A stretch of 64,000 nt of DNA from Lama guanicoe (GCA_013239625.1 MU057344.1:9398727-9462726); one strand, 5' to 3'. Shown: positions 22,971-36,093, numbered from the stretch's first letter. Notes: a model not told the origin generated them from the sequence alone. Translations and numbers: made by a program.

Positions 22971-23627
22971 AGTCCCCTTTTCACTTAAACTAGATGGAGA
23001 CGGGTTTCTGTCATTTGCAGCCTGAGGAGCCTTGGCTAATAGGGTACCCAAATTTTATGGAAATGCCATTCTTTCTACCCAGTGTCACCCTGTCAATATG
23101 CCATGTGTTCCCTTAACATGATTAACCACAGAGCCAAGGGAGGGCTCTCTCTGAGCAGAGATGTCTAGACACTTGTAATCAAGCTCTAGGAAGCTTCTTG
23201 CCTGTATACGTACCCACATGCAGTGTTACACATTTGTTTACATACCTGTGCAGTCAAGCACGGGGCTTGAATTCCAAGAAGACTGGTATAAAGTGACAAT
23301 TGTGTTAAATCAATAACCTACTGAGAAGTTTGCATACATGCATAGATATGGTACAAGGAGTTTTATTCCTGGACCTAGATGGAAAAAAAAAAACCCAACT
23401 TGTTATTCTGGAAGCACAAGCTGTACTCAGGTGTTCATAAGTGATGTGTATCCCATTTGAATGTCTGTGGTGGGTGTTCAGTGTATTTTTAAATGAAAGT
23501 TGAATCATTTTGTAAGACCTTTGGCATACCTCTACAAAACCCCACATTTATGCAGAACACAATCTGGACGTGGATGGATGGCCCACACTGCATTTTCTCT
23601 AGTTTCATCAAAAGAGACCAACCCCTT

Positions 23628-24100
23628 TGTTATGGGCTGAATTGTATCCTTAAAAAAAAAAAAGATATGTTGGAGTCCTAGCCTCTAAAACCTCAGAATG
23701 TAAACTTATTTGGACATATGTTCCTTACCGAGGTAATCAAGTTAAAACTGAAGTCATCAGAGTGGGCCCCAATCCCATATGACTGATGTCTTTATGAAAA
23801 GGGGAAATTTGGAGACAGACAGACAAGCACAGAGAGGAGACGATGTGAAGACTCAGAAGCTGAACTCCATGTGAAGATGGAAGACTGGAGTGATGGACCT
23901 ACGAGCCAAGGAATACCTGGGGCTACCAGAGGAGAGGGGAGTGCAGTAGGTTAGCCCTTAGAGTGTTCAAAAGGAACGGAACCTGGTGCCACTCTGATTT
24001 GGGGCTTCTAACCTCCAGAACAGTGAGACTATAAATTGCTATTGTTTTAAGCCACCTGGTTTGTGGTACTTTGTTATGGCGGCCACAGGAAACCAATACA
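23628..24100 (+). mobile_element. MaLR solo LTR (MLT1C-like), complete
   Basis: tgttatgggctgaattgt...aagccacctggtttgtggtactttgttatggcggccacaggaaaccaataca; 473 bp; perfect 5-bp TSD CCCTT (23623-23627 and 24101-24105). Confidence 0.92.
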
Positions 24101-25444
24101 CCCTTACTGATGACAAGGTTGCAAACTAAGAGAGAATGAGACATTTTTGCACCAGACACAACGTGGTTCAGTTGTAGTGTATTTCTTTCTTTCTTTTTTT
24201 TTTTAAATGTGTTCAATGGAATTAAAATGGTTGCTATTGAAGGCCAACATGCATGTTTTCTTCTCCTCCAAAAAGAGTAACAATCCTGAATGCTGGACCT
24301 AGAAGCTTGTATTTGATCTGAGAAAAGGGCCTTGTAAGGACCTGGGTGTACTGTAACAGGTGGCTGTGTTTTATTGGCGATTGCTGAAGGTGGTATCACT
24401 GTTGGTTATGCCACTGATGCCAAAGTCTCGCGTAATTTGTTGATTCCCTATTGTTGGTTTCCCTGTGACACGGGAAATTGTCACCTGGCTTATGCCTTCC
24501 TTTTCATCATCATTACTGCCTCCACTCTGTCATCCTTCCAACTCTGAATCAAAGGGAAGCGTGTCTTCTCTCATCTGGGAAGTATTCCAGAGGCCTATTA
24601 TTAGGATGGAGGAGCACTTGACATTTCAGATCATCATTAGGGCCTCTTAATCAGCTTCAGCTGAACTTTGGTACTTTCGTAGGACCTCAGGGGCAAATAA
24701 GCAAGTGAAATGCAGATTTAGCAAAGTTCACTGGCGGGGTGGCCCTCAGAGTCATGCTGCTCCCCCAAGATGTGCACGCTGGCTCTCTCCTGGGATCCAG
24801 CATCTGGCTTGGGATGGCACAGCTGATTGTCATCTGCCCTCCACCGTCTTCTGTCTTTGGAGGAATTGTTGAGTGGATTAAGCCTCTCCCCCAGGGCTTT
24901 TCCACCTCCCCTGATTGTCACTCCCTTTATCTGCATCAGGCTTCTGTCTCTTCTGTCCCTGGGTGAGCCTTCCCCAATCAGGCTTGCCCCTTCTGCACTG
25001 TTTTCTGTACCCCCAGACCCATCCTCTCCCACTGAGCCTTGGGAAGGCTGTTCGTCTGTTACTATGTTTGCATTTTGAAGAGGGGAATGCGCAGGGCAGG
25101 TGGAACTCTTCCAGTAAGTGTTTACTCCGTGCTCACTCTGTGCTGGACAGTGTGGTTGCCTGTTCTTCCAGTCCCGCAGAGCAGTGTGAAGAGAAGCGTG
25201 GAGTGAGTGCTGGGGAAGAAAATAATGATTCCAAACCAGAGTAGCTGATGGGAGGGGAAAGGACTCTGGCCAATACTTCCAAGAATAAACCCTGAGTGGT
25301 ATGGGCAACATTGTCTACTGAAGGTAGAGATTTGGGGTTAAGAAATCTCAACCTGCCTTCTTAGTCTAACTATAGGACGGACAGTCTTTCTTCTCTTGTA
25401 TTAACTTGTTTCTGGATTTTGTTGGCGTATTCAAGCATAGCTTG

Positions 25445-26442
25445 TTTTTTCCTTCCAGTTTTATTGAGATACAATGATTTGACTTACATGCCTCATTAAA
25501 TGATTACCACAGTAAGGTTAGTGAACATCCATCGTCTCATTTGGACCCCAAATCTTAAAATTAAAAAAAATTTCCTTGTGATGACAACTCTTAGTATTTA
25601 CTCTCTTAGTAACTCTCATATATAACGTAACAGCAGTGCTGGTTGTATTAATCATGTTGTACATTACATCCCTAGTACTTATTTATCTTGTAACTTGAAG
25701 TTTGTTCCTTTTCACTGCCTTCACTTAATACTCCCTTCCCTCAGCCCTCACTCTGGTAGCCACGAATCTGATCTTTCTTTTCGAGTTTGTTTTGTGTGTG
25801 TGTGTGTTTGAAGTATAATTGACCCGCAACTCTGTTAGTTCCTGGTACACAAAATAGTGGTTAGATACTTCTGTACATCACAAAACGATCACCACAGCAT
25901 GTCTGGTTACCATCTGTCACCATAAAAATATATCACGTGATTATTGACTGTGTTCCCTACTCTGTTCACTTAATACCTGTGCCCATTTATTTTGTAATTA
26001 GAAGTCTGTGCCTCTTAATCTCCCTCACCTCTTCTCTCATCCCCCATCCCCTCCCCCCGGCAACCACCTGTTTCTTCTCTGTTTCTGTGACTCTGTTTCT
26101 GTTTTGTTGTGTTTGTTCATTTGTTTTATTTTTTGGGGTTACTTTTTTAGGTTCCACACATAAGTNNNNNNNNNNNNNNNNNNNNNNNNNNNNNNNNNNN
26201 NNNNNNNNNNNNNNNNNNNNNNNNNNNNNNNNNNNNNNNNNNNNNNNNNNNNNNNNNNNNNNNNNNNNNNNNNNNNNNNNNNNNNNNNNNNNNNNNNNNN
26301 NNNNNNNNNNNNNNNNNNNNNNNNNNNNNNNNNNNNNNNNNNNNNNNNNNNNNNNNNNNNNNNNNNNNNNNNNNNNNNNNNNNNNNNTAGAGAGGTGCAA
26401 ATACGTTTTCAATTAGTGTTTCATTTTCTTCAGATAAATACC
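25445..26442 (-). mobile_element. LINE-1 3' end (L1MA9-related laurasiatherian subfamily with doubled 3'UTR module), partly in gaps
   Basis: ttttattgagat...atgttgtacattacatccc...; second module gaagtataattgac...ggcaaccacctgtt...ttccacacataagt. Confidence 0.88.
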
Positions 26443-26623
26443 NNNNNNNNNNNNNNNNNNNNNNNNNNNNNNNNNNNNNNNNNNNNNNNNNNNNNNNNNN
26501 NNNNNNNNNNNNNNNNNNNNNNNNNNNNNNNNNNNNNNNNNNNNNNNNNNNNNNNNNNNNNNNNNNNNNNNNNNNNNNNNNNNNNNNNNNNNNNNNNNNN
26601 NNNNNNNNNNNNNNNNNNNNNNN
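26166..26623. other. Two assembly gaps (26166-26387, 26443-26623)
   Basis: N runs. Confidence 0.99.
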
Positions 26624-27049
26624 TATTTCAAGGAAGCACAGCTAAACTGGTAGCACAGTTGTAGAAAATGTGTTCTGGCCAAGGAGGTCAGCTCTTTAAG
26701 GAAGGACCAATAAGTTTTTATGTAAATTGTAGAAACAACAATTTCTTATAGGAGAAAAAATTATTTTTCTTCTAAAAGTGTATATGAATTTTTATTTTTA
26801 TTAATGGAATACTTCTATTTCATTGATAAGACAGTTCATTATTCATCAATATGTACAGATTTACTCTTCCAAAGCCAAGTGATTTGCATCATTTAGCATC
26901 ACTTGTCCCTCTGCCCTCCCTTCTCTGGGCTTCTGGGACCTCACACACCTCATTTTTACTCTGTATTGCTCCTTGTCGGTGCCCAAGTGTTCCTTAGGAT
27001 TCAGTCCCAGAAGCCCAGAGGGGAGAGGGCAGAGAGACACGTGGGCTTG

Positions 27050-27270
27050 TCCAAAGTGGGCCACCTAAACAAAACCAGAGGATTATCTGTTCTAGCTTTC
27101 AACTATAAAAGTGACTCACAAAAAAAAATCACCAAACATTTGAAAACCATCAACAAAATGAGACATAACTGATAGAATTCCAGGCTCAATAAACTGAAAA
27201 CTTCCGAGAAAACAGTTAACATAGAAATTGAAACAGGATTTTAAAATAAGTGTAATTGGCATCACAGATT
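27050..27270 (+). mobile_element. Ancient L1 5'/ORF1-region fragment
   Basis: aaaatcaccaaacatttgaaaa...ggattttaaaataagt, A-rich and L1-like. Confidence 0.5.
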
Positions 27271-27859
27271 CAACAGCCTGGTTGCACTCTCTGCCTGCTC
27301 CTGTGCTCCCTGAGGGCAGAGCCCATGCCTGTCTTGTCCACCCGTCTACAGCAGGTGCTTGGCGCGGGTTGCTGAAGGGAGGCCTCTGAGGGCTGAAGAA
27401 GAGAGGTTGCCCGTAATTGCAGCAAGAGGCATTTTTACGGGGGTGTGAGGAGAGACTTCCTTACTGGAAGCTCCTAGAGGATGTTCCTAAGAGACCTTGC
27501 AGTAAACGCCCATTTAGAAATGGACGCTTGTGATTCTGTTTTTAGGGCTTCTTCCCTGACTCCTGCCCACAGCCCAGCGTTCGTGCTCGTGAAGCAGAGA
27601 ACTAAGCGTCCCACGTGCGTCTTGGGCTTGGTGGCAGGGCGAACTATGAGTTCTGTTAGCTGCTCATACCCAGCTTGTCGCTGCTGGAAACAGCACGGCT
27701 GAAACTGGGGAAAGCCACGGATGGGAGCTACCTATGTGTTCGCTCTGTTTCATTTACATCACAGGTAAAAGTGGCTGGTATTAATACACTGTTCACGTTT
27801 TCTCTGGTACACGCGTGGTCTATGTAGTCGTTTTTTTTGCACTATTTAAAACTTAACTC

Positions 27860-28170
27860 TTGCTCACAAGAGTGGAAAATTGGAAAACAAATACAAATCT
27901 GATAATATTTTATTGGGTAAATGAATTTTGGCTGATCCCGAGAGTAGAATATTCTACAACCATTAAAAGCAATTACGTAGATCTATGTTTACTGACAAGA
28001 AAACATGTCTGTGATAAATTGGTAAATAAAAAGAAAAAAAAAGGAAATCCACAGAAATGTTCACAGGTATGCGCTCTGAACAGTGAGATAACATTTTAAT
28101 TTTCTTCTTTATTTCATTTTTCTCTTTCTGAATTTCTATAGTATGTCATTCTCATAACCAGTAGGAGAAA
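27860..28170 (+). mobile_element. Ancient L1ME 3' fragment
   Basis: gaatattctacaaccattaaaagcaattacgtagatctatg...agaaatgttcacagg...attttaattttcttcttt. Confidence 0.65.
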
Positions 28171-29409
28171 GTTCTTCCCAATATGGAGAAAATTTTAAAA
28201 AATTAATAATAAAACATGTCTCGTTAATATTCATTATTCTGTTAGTCTCCTAAGGATTCAGAGTTAGGCTGGTTCATCTATGCATATAAATATGTTGTAT
28301 ATATGTTCTTGGTAATATATTTCAGGCCACACATATGTACATGTAGAGAACACTTAAAATGTATCATATGGTGCATGGTTCATGATGTAAATATGTCTAT
28401 ATTATATGTAACTCATCATAGAGTATAGATCATTTGTGTACATATATCTTGTCCTTCATTCAGTATATTGTTTTGCTGAGTTTATTTTTCTAAGTGAAAT
28501 GCTTAATGCATATCCTATTCAGATAATCAATTCATATTCTAATCTTTCCCATCACACCTGGGCTGGAAGCGAACACCTACCAACAGTCTTGTGTTGCCTT
28601 TTTTTTTTTTTTTTTAATGAGACTTTTTTGAAAGATAATGCACCCAGCTGGCTGGCTCACCCCACTGAGGACGATGGAGCCCCTGGCAAGATCGTTAGCA
28701 TTTGTTACTCAAACACAGGCTTTCCTTGCGACTGCCCCCAGCACACCTGTGCTTCTCTGACTTGACTGGTGCTTGGCTTCTCCCAACCTAATTAATCTTG
28801 GGGGAAGGGGTGGGTGTTGGGTTAGATAATGAATGATGAGCAAAAAATAGCCTTTAGAGAGCTGGTTTTGCATCTTGACTGATAATACAATCTCAGCTCC
28901 CAAATACCTATAGTAGACATTTCTTTTGAACCTTTTTTTTTCCAAGTAATGTTCTGTTTTTTTTGTTTTTTGTTTTCTCTTCCCCTTCCTGACCTCTTCC
29001 ATCTCCATCTCCAAGTCTCTCCTTTCTCAAGGGAGTAGATGGGGTACTTACCAGCTGACTTCAGCAGCTGGGGAGTCTGCAGTGAGCTGTTCAGGGGCTC
29101 ACTAGTTCAGGGGCCTTGGAAAGTCCCAGCAATTCAGACAAGACGGCTGGTTGGCACTGACCCCTGGATTCCCTGGAGTGGCTGTCAGAGCCTGGCAGCT
29201 CTCCTGCAGATCAGGCCACCCTCCCCTACCAACAGCCTCACCTGGGCTGGCCAGCTCTCGTGTATGGGCTCCAAGGACAGAGCCCCAGTCCAAGTCCCAT
29301 AGTTAAATCCCTTTAATATCAACTCACTGTATCTCAGAAAGCCAACTGAGATTCTTTGCCCTGGAGCATTGTTCCTTTCTTATTTTACTTAATTATTTTG
29401 TTTTCACAA

Positions 29410-30058
29410 ATATGAAGAGCTTCTTAAATGCCAGGGTGTGTTCTAAGCATGCTTGTTTATCTTTTCCTCTCAACAACTCAGTGAGGTAAGTACAAGTATA
29501 CTGTGGAGGTTTCGTGGGTTTGGTTCCACCCCAATAAAGTGAATATCACAGTAAAGAAAGTCATGCGATTGTTTTCATTTCCCAGTGCCTATAAAGGTTA
29601 TATTTTGCACTATACTGTAATCTATTAAGTGTGCAGTAGCATTATATCTAAAAATGCTATATAGCTTAATTTTATAATGCTTTTTGCTAAAAGTGTTTAC
29701 CATCGTCTGAGCCTTCAGTGAGTCATAATCTTTTGCTGGTGGAGGGTTTGAAATATTGCGAGAATTACCCAAATGTGACCCAGAGACAGGACATGTTGTT
29801 AAAAAATGGCGCCAGTAGACTTGCTCAATGCAGGGTTGCCACAAACCTTTAATTGTAAAAAACACAGTATCTGTCAAGTACACTAAAGCAAAGTGGAATA
29901 AAACGAGGTCTGCCTGCATTACGGTTTCCCCACATTATGGTTGGACAATAGAGGAAGTGGGAATTAGTGACCTGTGCAAGATACCAACACGTAGTAAGAG
30001 CTGGAGGCGTGATTAGAACCAGGACATCGGATTCAGAAGCTCCTGCGTTTAACCTGCA
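29410..30058 (-). mobile_element. MIR SINE split by a Tigger1-derived insertion
   Basis: tgccagggtgtgttctaagc...cctctcaacaactcagtgaggtaagta | cattacggtttccccacattatgg...agtgacctgtgcaag...gaaccagg. Confidence 0.75.
29493..29916 (-). mobile_element. Tigger1 internal-deletion derivative (Tigger1a-type MITE, TcMar)
   Basis: Both Tigger1 termini are present (caagtatact...aataaagtgaatatcac; aaaatggcgccagtagacttgctcaatgcagggttgccacaaacc...aataaaacgaggtctgcctg); TA on the left, CA on the right. Confidence 0.9.
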
Positions 30059-30359
30059 CGCTACATCCCTGGGTCCTCTTTAGCTGGGTCAGAATCTCTG
30101 GGGTCTTGGCTGTCTTCTGCTACAGCAGGGACTGCTTTGGAACAGCCATCAGTTTCCATTTGTTCGTCGCCTGTGATTTTCAGAGACGGCATTCTGAATG
30201 CGTGACTTGCTGAGACAGCACTTCTGGCCTGATCTCGCCTCTGCAGGGAGTTATGGGTGACCAAGTTTGTTCAGAAGGGGAGCCTCTCCCCTGTTATTTC
30301 AGAGTTCCGGGGTGCACCACGTATTTGGGGCCAGTGCTAGGGAGAGTTCAGGGTTGGGG

Positions 30360-30480
30360 TCGGGAGAACAAGCTCCAGGTCCAGTCTCATGACTAGCTTG
30401 CTAGATGATTTTCTGAAAGTCCTTTAATCTCCGGGGCTAGTGTTCCTGTCTGCAAAAATGGGGACACCACTATTTTACGT
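30360..30480 (+). mobile_element. MIR fragment
   Basis: aagtcctttaatctccggggctagtgttcctgtctgcaaaaatgggga. Confidence 0.55.
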
Positions 30481-31575
30481 AGCAGCCTCAAGAGGGTAAT
30501 GAAGGAGGCAGCTAATATTATGAAGGACATACGTCAGTGCAAGTCAGTACCCTAGGTAGCTTCACATTTCCTCACCTAAAAATTGCAATAGCCATTCGAA
30601 GATAAAAATTATGGTCACAGACAGGAAGGTGTTTTACAAAATTAGGTGCTCTGCAAGTACAAGGAATTACTCTGGTAGAAACATGCTGTATTACACTAAA
30701 TAATGCACCAAGCAGATCCTGGGAGAATGGAGTGCAGGAGGAAATGTGCAGTGTCTGCACACAGTAAGGGGTCAATAAATAATTAAAAATGGATAATAGG
30801 GAACAGCTTCAGTGTACAGCCAATTAAGTTGTAAGACCTCCCCCATCTGAGTGTGTACTTAGGACTGAAGGGTAGACCTTGTTACCATGCAATTGTCTGT
30901 ATTCACTCCTTTATCCTTGCTTTTGAATTTTACTTGAATTAATTGCTTACTTCCAGGATCTGTAACTTTTTTTGGTCTTAGTTTTGGATATAAGAACATG
31001 TTTGGGAGTTTAAGAAATGAAGTTATTTCAAGCAGAGGAGAGAGATGGAGATTTCAAGCTAAAGCAGAGATTCGCATCCCTGAATTTGACGAAAGAATAA
31101 TTGGCTCAGAGTCCAGGGCCTTCTGGAAAGATGGCCTTCAATAAAACCAAAATGTTGTCCCATAACCCAGTAAACTTAGGTACAATTCATTATGTGCTAA
31201 AGTAATTTTAGAAGCCATTATTCCATTGCAGCAGTAAATGCAGCTCAAAGTGGTATGAATACCCCGTTAAGATGATGTGGTGGGGAAAGTGTTAGAATCT
31301 TTTGGTGCAGTCAATTTACTTTAGTGCCCCAGATGTTCACAGCAACAGGAGCGAGCATGGTTGCAGCTGCCATTGTGGTCAGCCTCCCGTCACGGAGGGA
31401 AATGAATGACCCTCTCCCTAACCACCAGCCTGTTCTCCTTCCAGGACAATGGGTCCATCAGTTCTCTCCAGAGAGTGGACTGGAACCCATATTTGGATAT
31501 GTTGCAAATTAAACTTTTAATAGAAAACAAACAAACAGAACAGATGCTTTGCTCATTTATTCTACGGGTTGTAGC

Positions 31576-31797
31576 CTTTTTTAAAAAATTGAATACATTT
31601 GACATGGAACATTGTATAAGTTTAAGGTGTGCAACATGTTACTTTGATGCGTTGGTGTATTGTAATATTGTTGCTGGTATAGTAATGTTTATCACATTAG
31701 ATAATTATAGTAAAATGTTGTCAATGTGTATTAAACTATACATTAGATAGCTATGACTTGTTTACTATGCGTTACAAGTTTGTAAATTTAAACATCA
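31576..31797 (-). mobile_element. LINE-1 extreme 3' end (L1MA-like)
   Basis: ttgacatggaacattgtataagtttaaggtgtgcaacatgtt...tacattagat. Confidence 0.7.
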
Positions 31798-32699
31798 ACA
31801 CTCTTGAAGAAGGAGAAAGGTTAGGAGCAGAATAGTGCAGGTGGGACTAACTGAGCCATTCTTGATAATTGTCCTTTTGAAATATTTGCATGTTTCATTA
31901 AACTTGAGGTTTTGTTTCCATTTCACTCTAGTTTCCTCATGATTTTTCAAACAATCATCGGAAACGACTTCTTTACTGTTATTCTTCCTCCTCACAAATA
32001 GAACACTTCTGATCTACACCTTGCACCCCTGAAGAAGAGACCTCAGAGTAGGGAAAGGGTTAGTGCAGGTGGCTTTATTCTACAAAGGAAGATGGTCCAC
32101 TTATATGGCTTTTAAGATGCTAAAGTCTGAGTTTTTAATAGTAAGTTAACTGAGGTTAAGTTATGGCACATTAAAAAATGGGGAAAGATGTAAAAATTTT
32201 TTTCTTGTTCCAGAAAGGGAAACAGAAGTTTATTTTATATTACATTTAATCTCTTCTATTTTTTTCTTCATACTAGACTCTTCCTGTAAATGAAAAAAGA
32301 GCATGTGTCTTATTTAGTCACATGGCCTTAGAATTACTGAGAAGTAACAAACAAATGTAAAAAAGTGTCTCAACTTCTGGAACAACAAAAAGGTGGTTTT
32401 TTAATAGACGTAGAATCACATAATTACAGAACTGACAAACCACTGATTAATTTTTGCCAAGGTACATACAGCATTTTTAAGCTGGCATAGCTCACACGAG
32501 CTCACACTGTAGGTGAGACCTAGCGGGAACACATAATATTGGAGCTCAGTTTTAATAGCCTTTTGAAGACCCACAAGAATGGAGGAGAGGGAAGTGTATT
32601 AGAGAATGCGAGATGCTTTAACAGGTAAACCCTGAAGTCTCAGAGACTTGATCAATAAAAGCTGATTTCTTGCCAACATGTTGTCCAAAACAGGTGCTC

Positions 32700-33000
32700 C
32701 TGATTTCCCGGAAATCCAAAATAATGCCTGGCCTTACTCATGATCATGCACGGGGGACCCAGGCTCCTTCCACCTCATGGCTGCCTGCTCTGCATTTAGC
32801 AGTAGATGGGAAAGAGGCTGGATGCGTAGGAGGCTTGGATGGACCATTTCTGGGCATCCATCACTTATACCTGCATGTAACTGGCCAGCACTTAGCCACA
32901 TGGCTGTAACTGCGAGAAAGGCTGGAACATGTAGTTTAGCTGTGTTCTCAGGACTAAGAGGAAGTAAGCTCAGGAGTCAGCGAGCCCAGTCCCTGCCACA
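32700..33000 (-). mobile_element. MaLR LTR (MLT1J-like) fragment
   Basis: gggacccaggctccttccacct...ggccagcacttagccacatggc...aactgcgagaaaggctggaacatgtagtttagctgtg...ctgccaca. Confidence 0.7.
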
Positions 33001-33484
33001 GGGAACAGAGTTCTTGAGGATTAGGAATGAGAAATCAGAGTCTGAAAGATCCAAGAGCTGGGTCAAGCTACAGTGGAAGAGAGGCTTGCCAAAAGGAAAT
33101 GCAAATCCTCAGCGTTGTCATGTAGCTCACATATAGCGATGCCTCATTGTACTACGGCCCCAGCCAGCATCTTAATTCTTTCTAAACGGTAATTTCCAAC
33201 TTAACTTATCATAAAGATTCTTTTAAATGGAAATGATACATTGTAGTGGTGAAAACAGGGTTTTCTCTATAGCTAACCTTACTTGAACACATTATCCTAT
33301 TGATAAATGCATATATTTAATTAAAATTCCATTCAAAGATAAGCATTACTGCACAGGCAATATACACTCATATCAAAACTTAATGAGAAAGCAATGGAAT
33401 AATTACAGAATTCAGTTCCCACCCACCTCTGTTTTCATTTTTTTAGTGATGTAACTGTGTCAAAGAATATTTGGAAAATACAAG

Positions 33485-34115
33485 TGTTACCAAACCAAAC
33501 TTGGGTCAGCTTACCTGACACACAGCAAAGCCAATCTACTGACACAAGGTTGTGGTGAAGGAAAGTACAGCGTTTATTGACAGCCAAGCAAGGAGAATGG
33601 GCAGCTTATGCTCAAAAGACCTTAAGGCTATGGGGGGAGGGTTTTTAAAGACAGTGTGAGGGAGAGGGTTGCAGGTGGCTGATCCACTTGTGCACAACTC
33701 TCTGACTGGCTGTTGGTGAGTTAACAGGGTGATGTTTCAGGAATCTCAAGTCATTAACCTCCAATCCCCGCCAGTCTGGAGTCTCCATGCTGGTGGTCGG
33801 CAGTTAACTTCTTCCACCTGGTGGGGGTTTTAGTTTCTGCAGAACAACTCAAGGAGAAGGCTCAGGATAATGTATGTAGACCGTGAGGAGGAGCCAGAGG
33901 TTCCTGACTTTGTTTTATGGCTCCACAGTTATTATTTTGTCTTGCTTGACTGTTTTCCTTTGTTTTTGCATTTTCTCACTTCTCTGATTAAATCTGCTCC
34001 TTGGAACTCAGGGAGGCCTAGAAGGTAAAGCTTTTCTACAAGCAAGAGGCAGGGGACACAGGATGGGGGGAGGTGTCGGTCCTGGGAAGGCCCCGCAGAG
34101 TCCTGCTTGGTTTCA
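33485..34115 (-). mobile_element. ERV1 solo LTR (LTR39-like), complete
   Basis: TG...CA ends (tgttaccaaaccaaacttggg...ctgcttggtttca); 4-bp TSD CAAG (33481-33484 and 34116-34119), typical of ERV1; antisense polyA signal TTTATT near 33572. Confidence 0.88.
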
Positions 34116-34591
34116 CAAGTGGTTAATATTTTATCCTGTTTTCTAGTCCATATAGTCAGTTGGGTGTTTTCTTGTTTTTTTCTGACGTTATGTAAGTGTC
34201 TGCAGAAAAAGAGACCATGTGGCTGTGTTTAGATTTTACCTGCAGTTTTGCTTCTCAGTGGATAATAAGAGAAAAAGCCACAGGTTCTCCCTCCTTAGTG
34301 TTCACTGCAGTAGCCTCATCACACCAGCAGTGGAAAGGAAATCTTGGACAAAACTGTGCGGTTCTTTTTGTGGGCTGTTTGCCAATTTGGTGTGAATCTT
34401 CCCTCACTGCCCCCCCCACTGAATATCGAGGAAACTGCTGTCCAGTCTGCAGTGATTAGACACCATCCCCTGCATCTCAGTCAAATGTCCTTTTATACCT
34501 ACTTTGTATTATCCTTTTCCACCTAACATTAGTCCATGAGCATTTCCCCATGTCATTAAGCATTCCTCAAAACTAAATTATTTATGGCTAC

Positions 34592-35474
34592 TGCTAGAGA
34601 ATAGAAAATGTATGATCTCTGTGCCCTCTTTCTGGCACAGAGCTCCTGAAATCCTTGTAATTTCCTGGGTGCTAGGAGTGTCTTTTGTTCTAAGGAGGCG
34701 ACTCTGGGTGGGCTCCTGGGGGCTCCTGATGAGAGCTGGCCACCAGAAACACCAAGCCGTGACTAGAAGCTTGGAATTTCCAGCCCCACTCCTCACTCCC
34801 TTGAGGTCAAGGAGAAGGGCTGAAAATGGAGTTAATGACTGATCATGCCTATATGATGAAGCCTCTATTAAAAGACCCCAGAAATACTAGAAGTGTAGGG
34901 TTTGGTGAGCTTCCAGATGGGTGAACACACCTACCCTGGGAGGGTTACGCACCTTAACTCCACGGGGACAGAAGCTCCAGCACTTGGAACCCTCCCTGTG
35001 TATCTCTTTGTGGGGCTGTTCCTCTGTATCCTTTGCTGTAGCCTTTAGTAAATATGTAACTAAGTGTTTCCCTGAGTTCTGTGAGCCATTCTAGCAAATT
35101 AATTGAGCTGAGGAAGAGGTCAGGATGGAGACCCTCCAATTGGTAGCTGAACTGGAAAGATGTTGTGGGTCACCTGGGGACCTAGTCCTTTCAATTGGCA
35201 TCTGAAGTCGGGTGGGAACAGTCCTGTAGGGCTGAGCCCTTAACCCGGGGGATCTGACACTATTTCCAGGTAGATTAATTGTCGGACGCCCAGCTGGTGT
35301 TAAAGAGAGTTGCTAGGTGTGGGGAAAAACCTGCACACTATTTGGGGACCAGAAGTGTCAGGAGTGGAGTGTTCTGTAAGCAGTAAAGGGAACTCACAAA
35401 AGAGAAGCACAGTAGGTAAGAACTGGAGTTTTCCCTACTCAGGAGGAAAACTGTAGGAGTTTTCCAGTATTACA
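34592..35474 (+). mobile_element. ERVL solo LTR (MER21B-like), complete
   Basis: ctggcacagagctcctgaaatccttg...tttccctgagttctgtgagccattctagcaaatt...tggcatctgaagt; 5-bp TSD GCTAC/GCTGC (1 mismatch). Confidence 0.88.
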
Positions 35475-35799
35475 GCTGCATAACATGCCATGCATATTAG
35501 CACGTCAGCATTTAGTTAACCGTTCCCATGTATCTGGACACCAAGGTTATTTCCAGTTTTTTGTTGTTGTTGTTGCTGTTGCTATAAATAACACTCTGAT
35601 AAATGTCACTGTTAGTGAATCTTTATGTGCATTTCTAGATTTTTCCTTACAATAAATTGCTAAAGGTGATTCTAGGAGGTCAAAGGGAATGAACACTTTT
35701 CAAAGAGTTTATTGCTTATTGCCAAGTTCCTGACCTTTAGAATACCAAATGCATCTGCTGGTGGCAGTCGTGAATGTCCTCTTAGAGCTTTTTGTTTTT

Positions 35800-36093
35800 T
35801 AAAGCTTTGTGATGATGACCCAAATATCAAAAACTGAAATGGATTCAGGATCCAAGCCCACAGTTGTACAGCTGGACCTCACTCACCCCACCTAATCCTG
35901 ATCATGTCGGATCCTATCTTTATTTCAAATTTTGATAGTTTGTATTTTATGAATTGTTTTTACATTAATCTTGATTTTTTTAAAAAAAAGTGTATTAAAA
36001 TATTATTTATCTTGGTTACTGAGTTTGTTGGTATCCTTCACATTTTGCATCCGAGGTGAGTGGCCCACTTACCTCTCTGTAGTCCTGGCCCTG
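35800..36093 (-). mobile_element. hAT-Tip100 element (FordPrefect/MER96B-like)
   Basis: gtcggatcctatctttatttcaaattttgata...tattaaaatattatttatcttggttactgagttt...ttttgcatccgaggtgagtg...tagtcctggccctg. Confidence 0.75.

Larger units (their letters stand above)
33340..35790 (-). mobile_element. Ancient L1ME 3' region, fragmented by two LTR insertions
   Basis: Pieces at about 33340-33484, 34116-34591 and 35475-35790 (catgagcatttccccatgtc...atggct | gcataacat...ggttatttccagtttt...ggtcaaagggaatgaacac). Confidence 0.6.

Noticed and set aside
24718-25311. 197-aa minus-strand ORF and overlapping ORFs
   Set aside because: No recognisable homology; expected by chance in GC-richer intron sequence
25445-26165. 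Two tandem L1 3'UTR modules as a novel chimera
   Set aside because: Resembles the doubled 3'UTR I recall from laurasiatherian L1 subfamilies; probably a family feature rather than locus-specific
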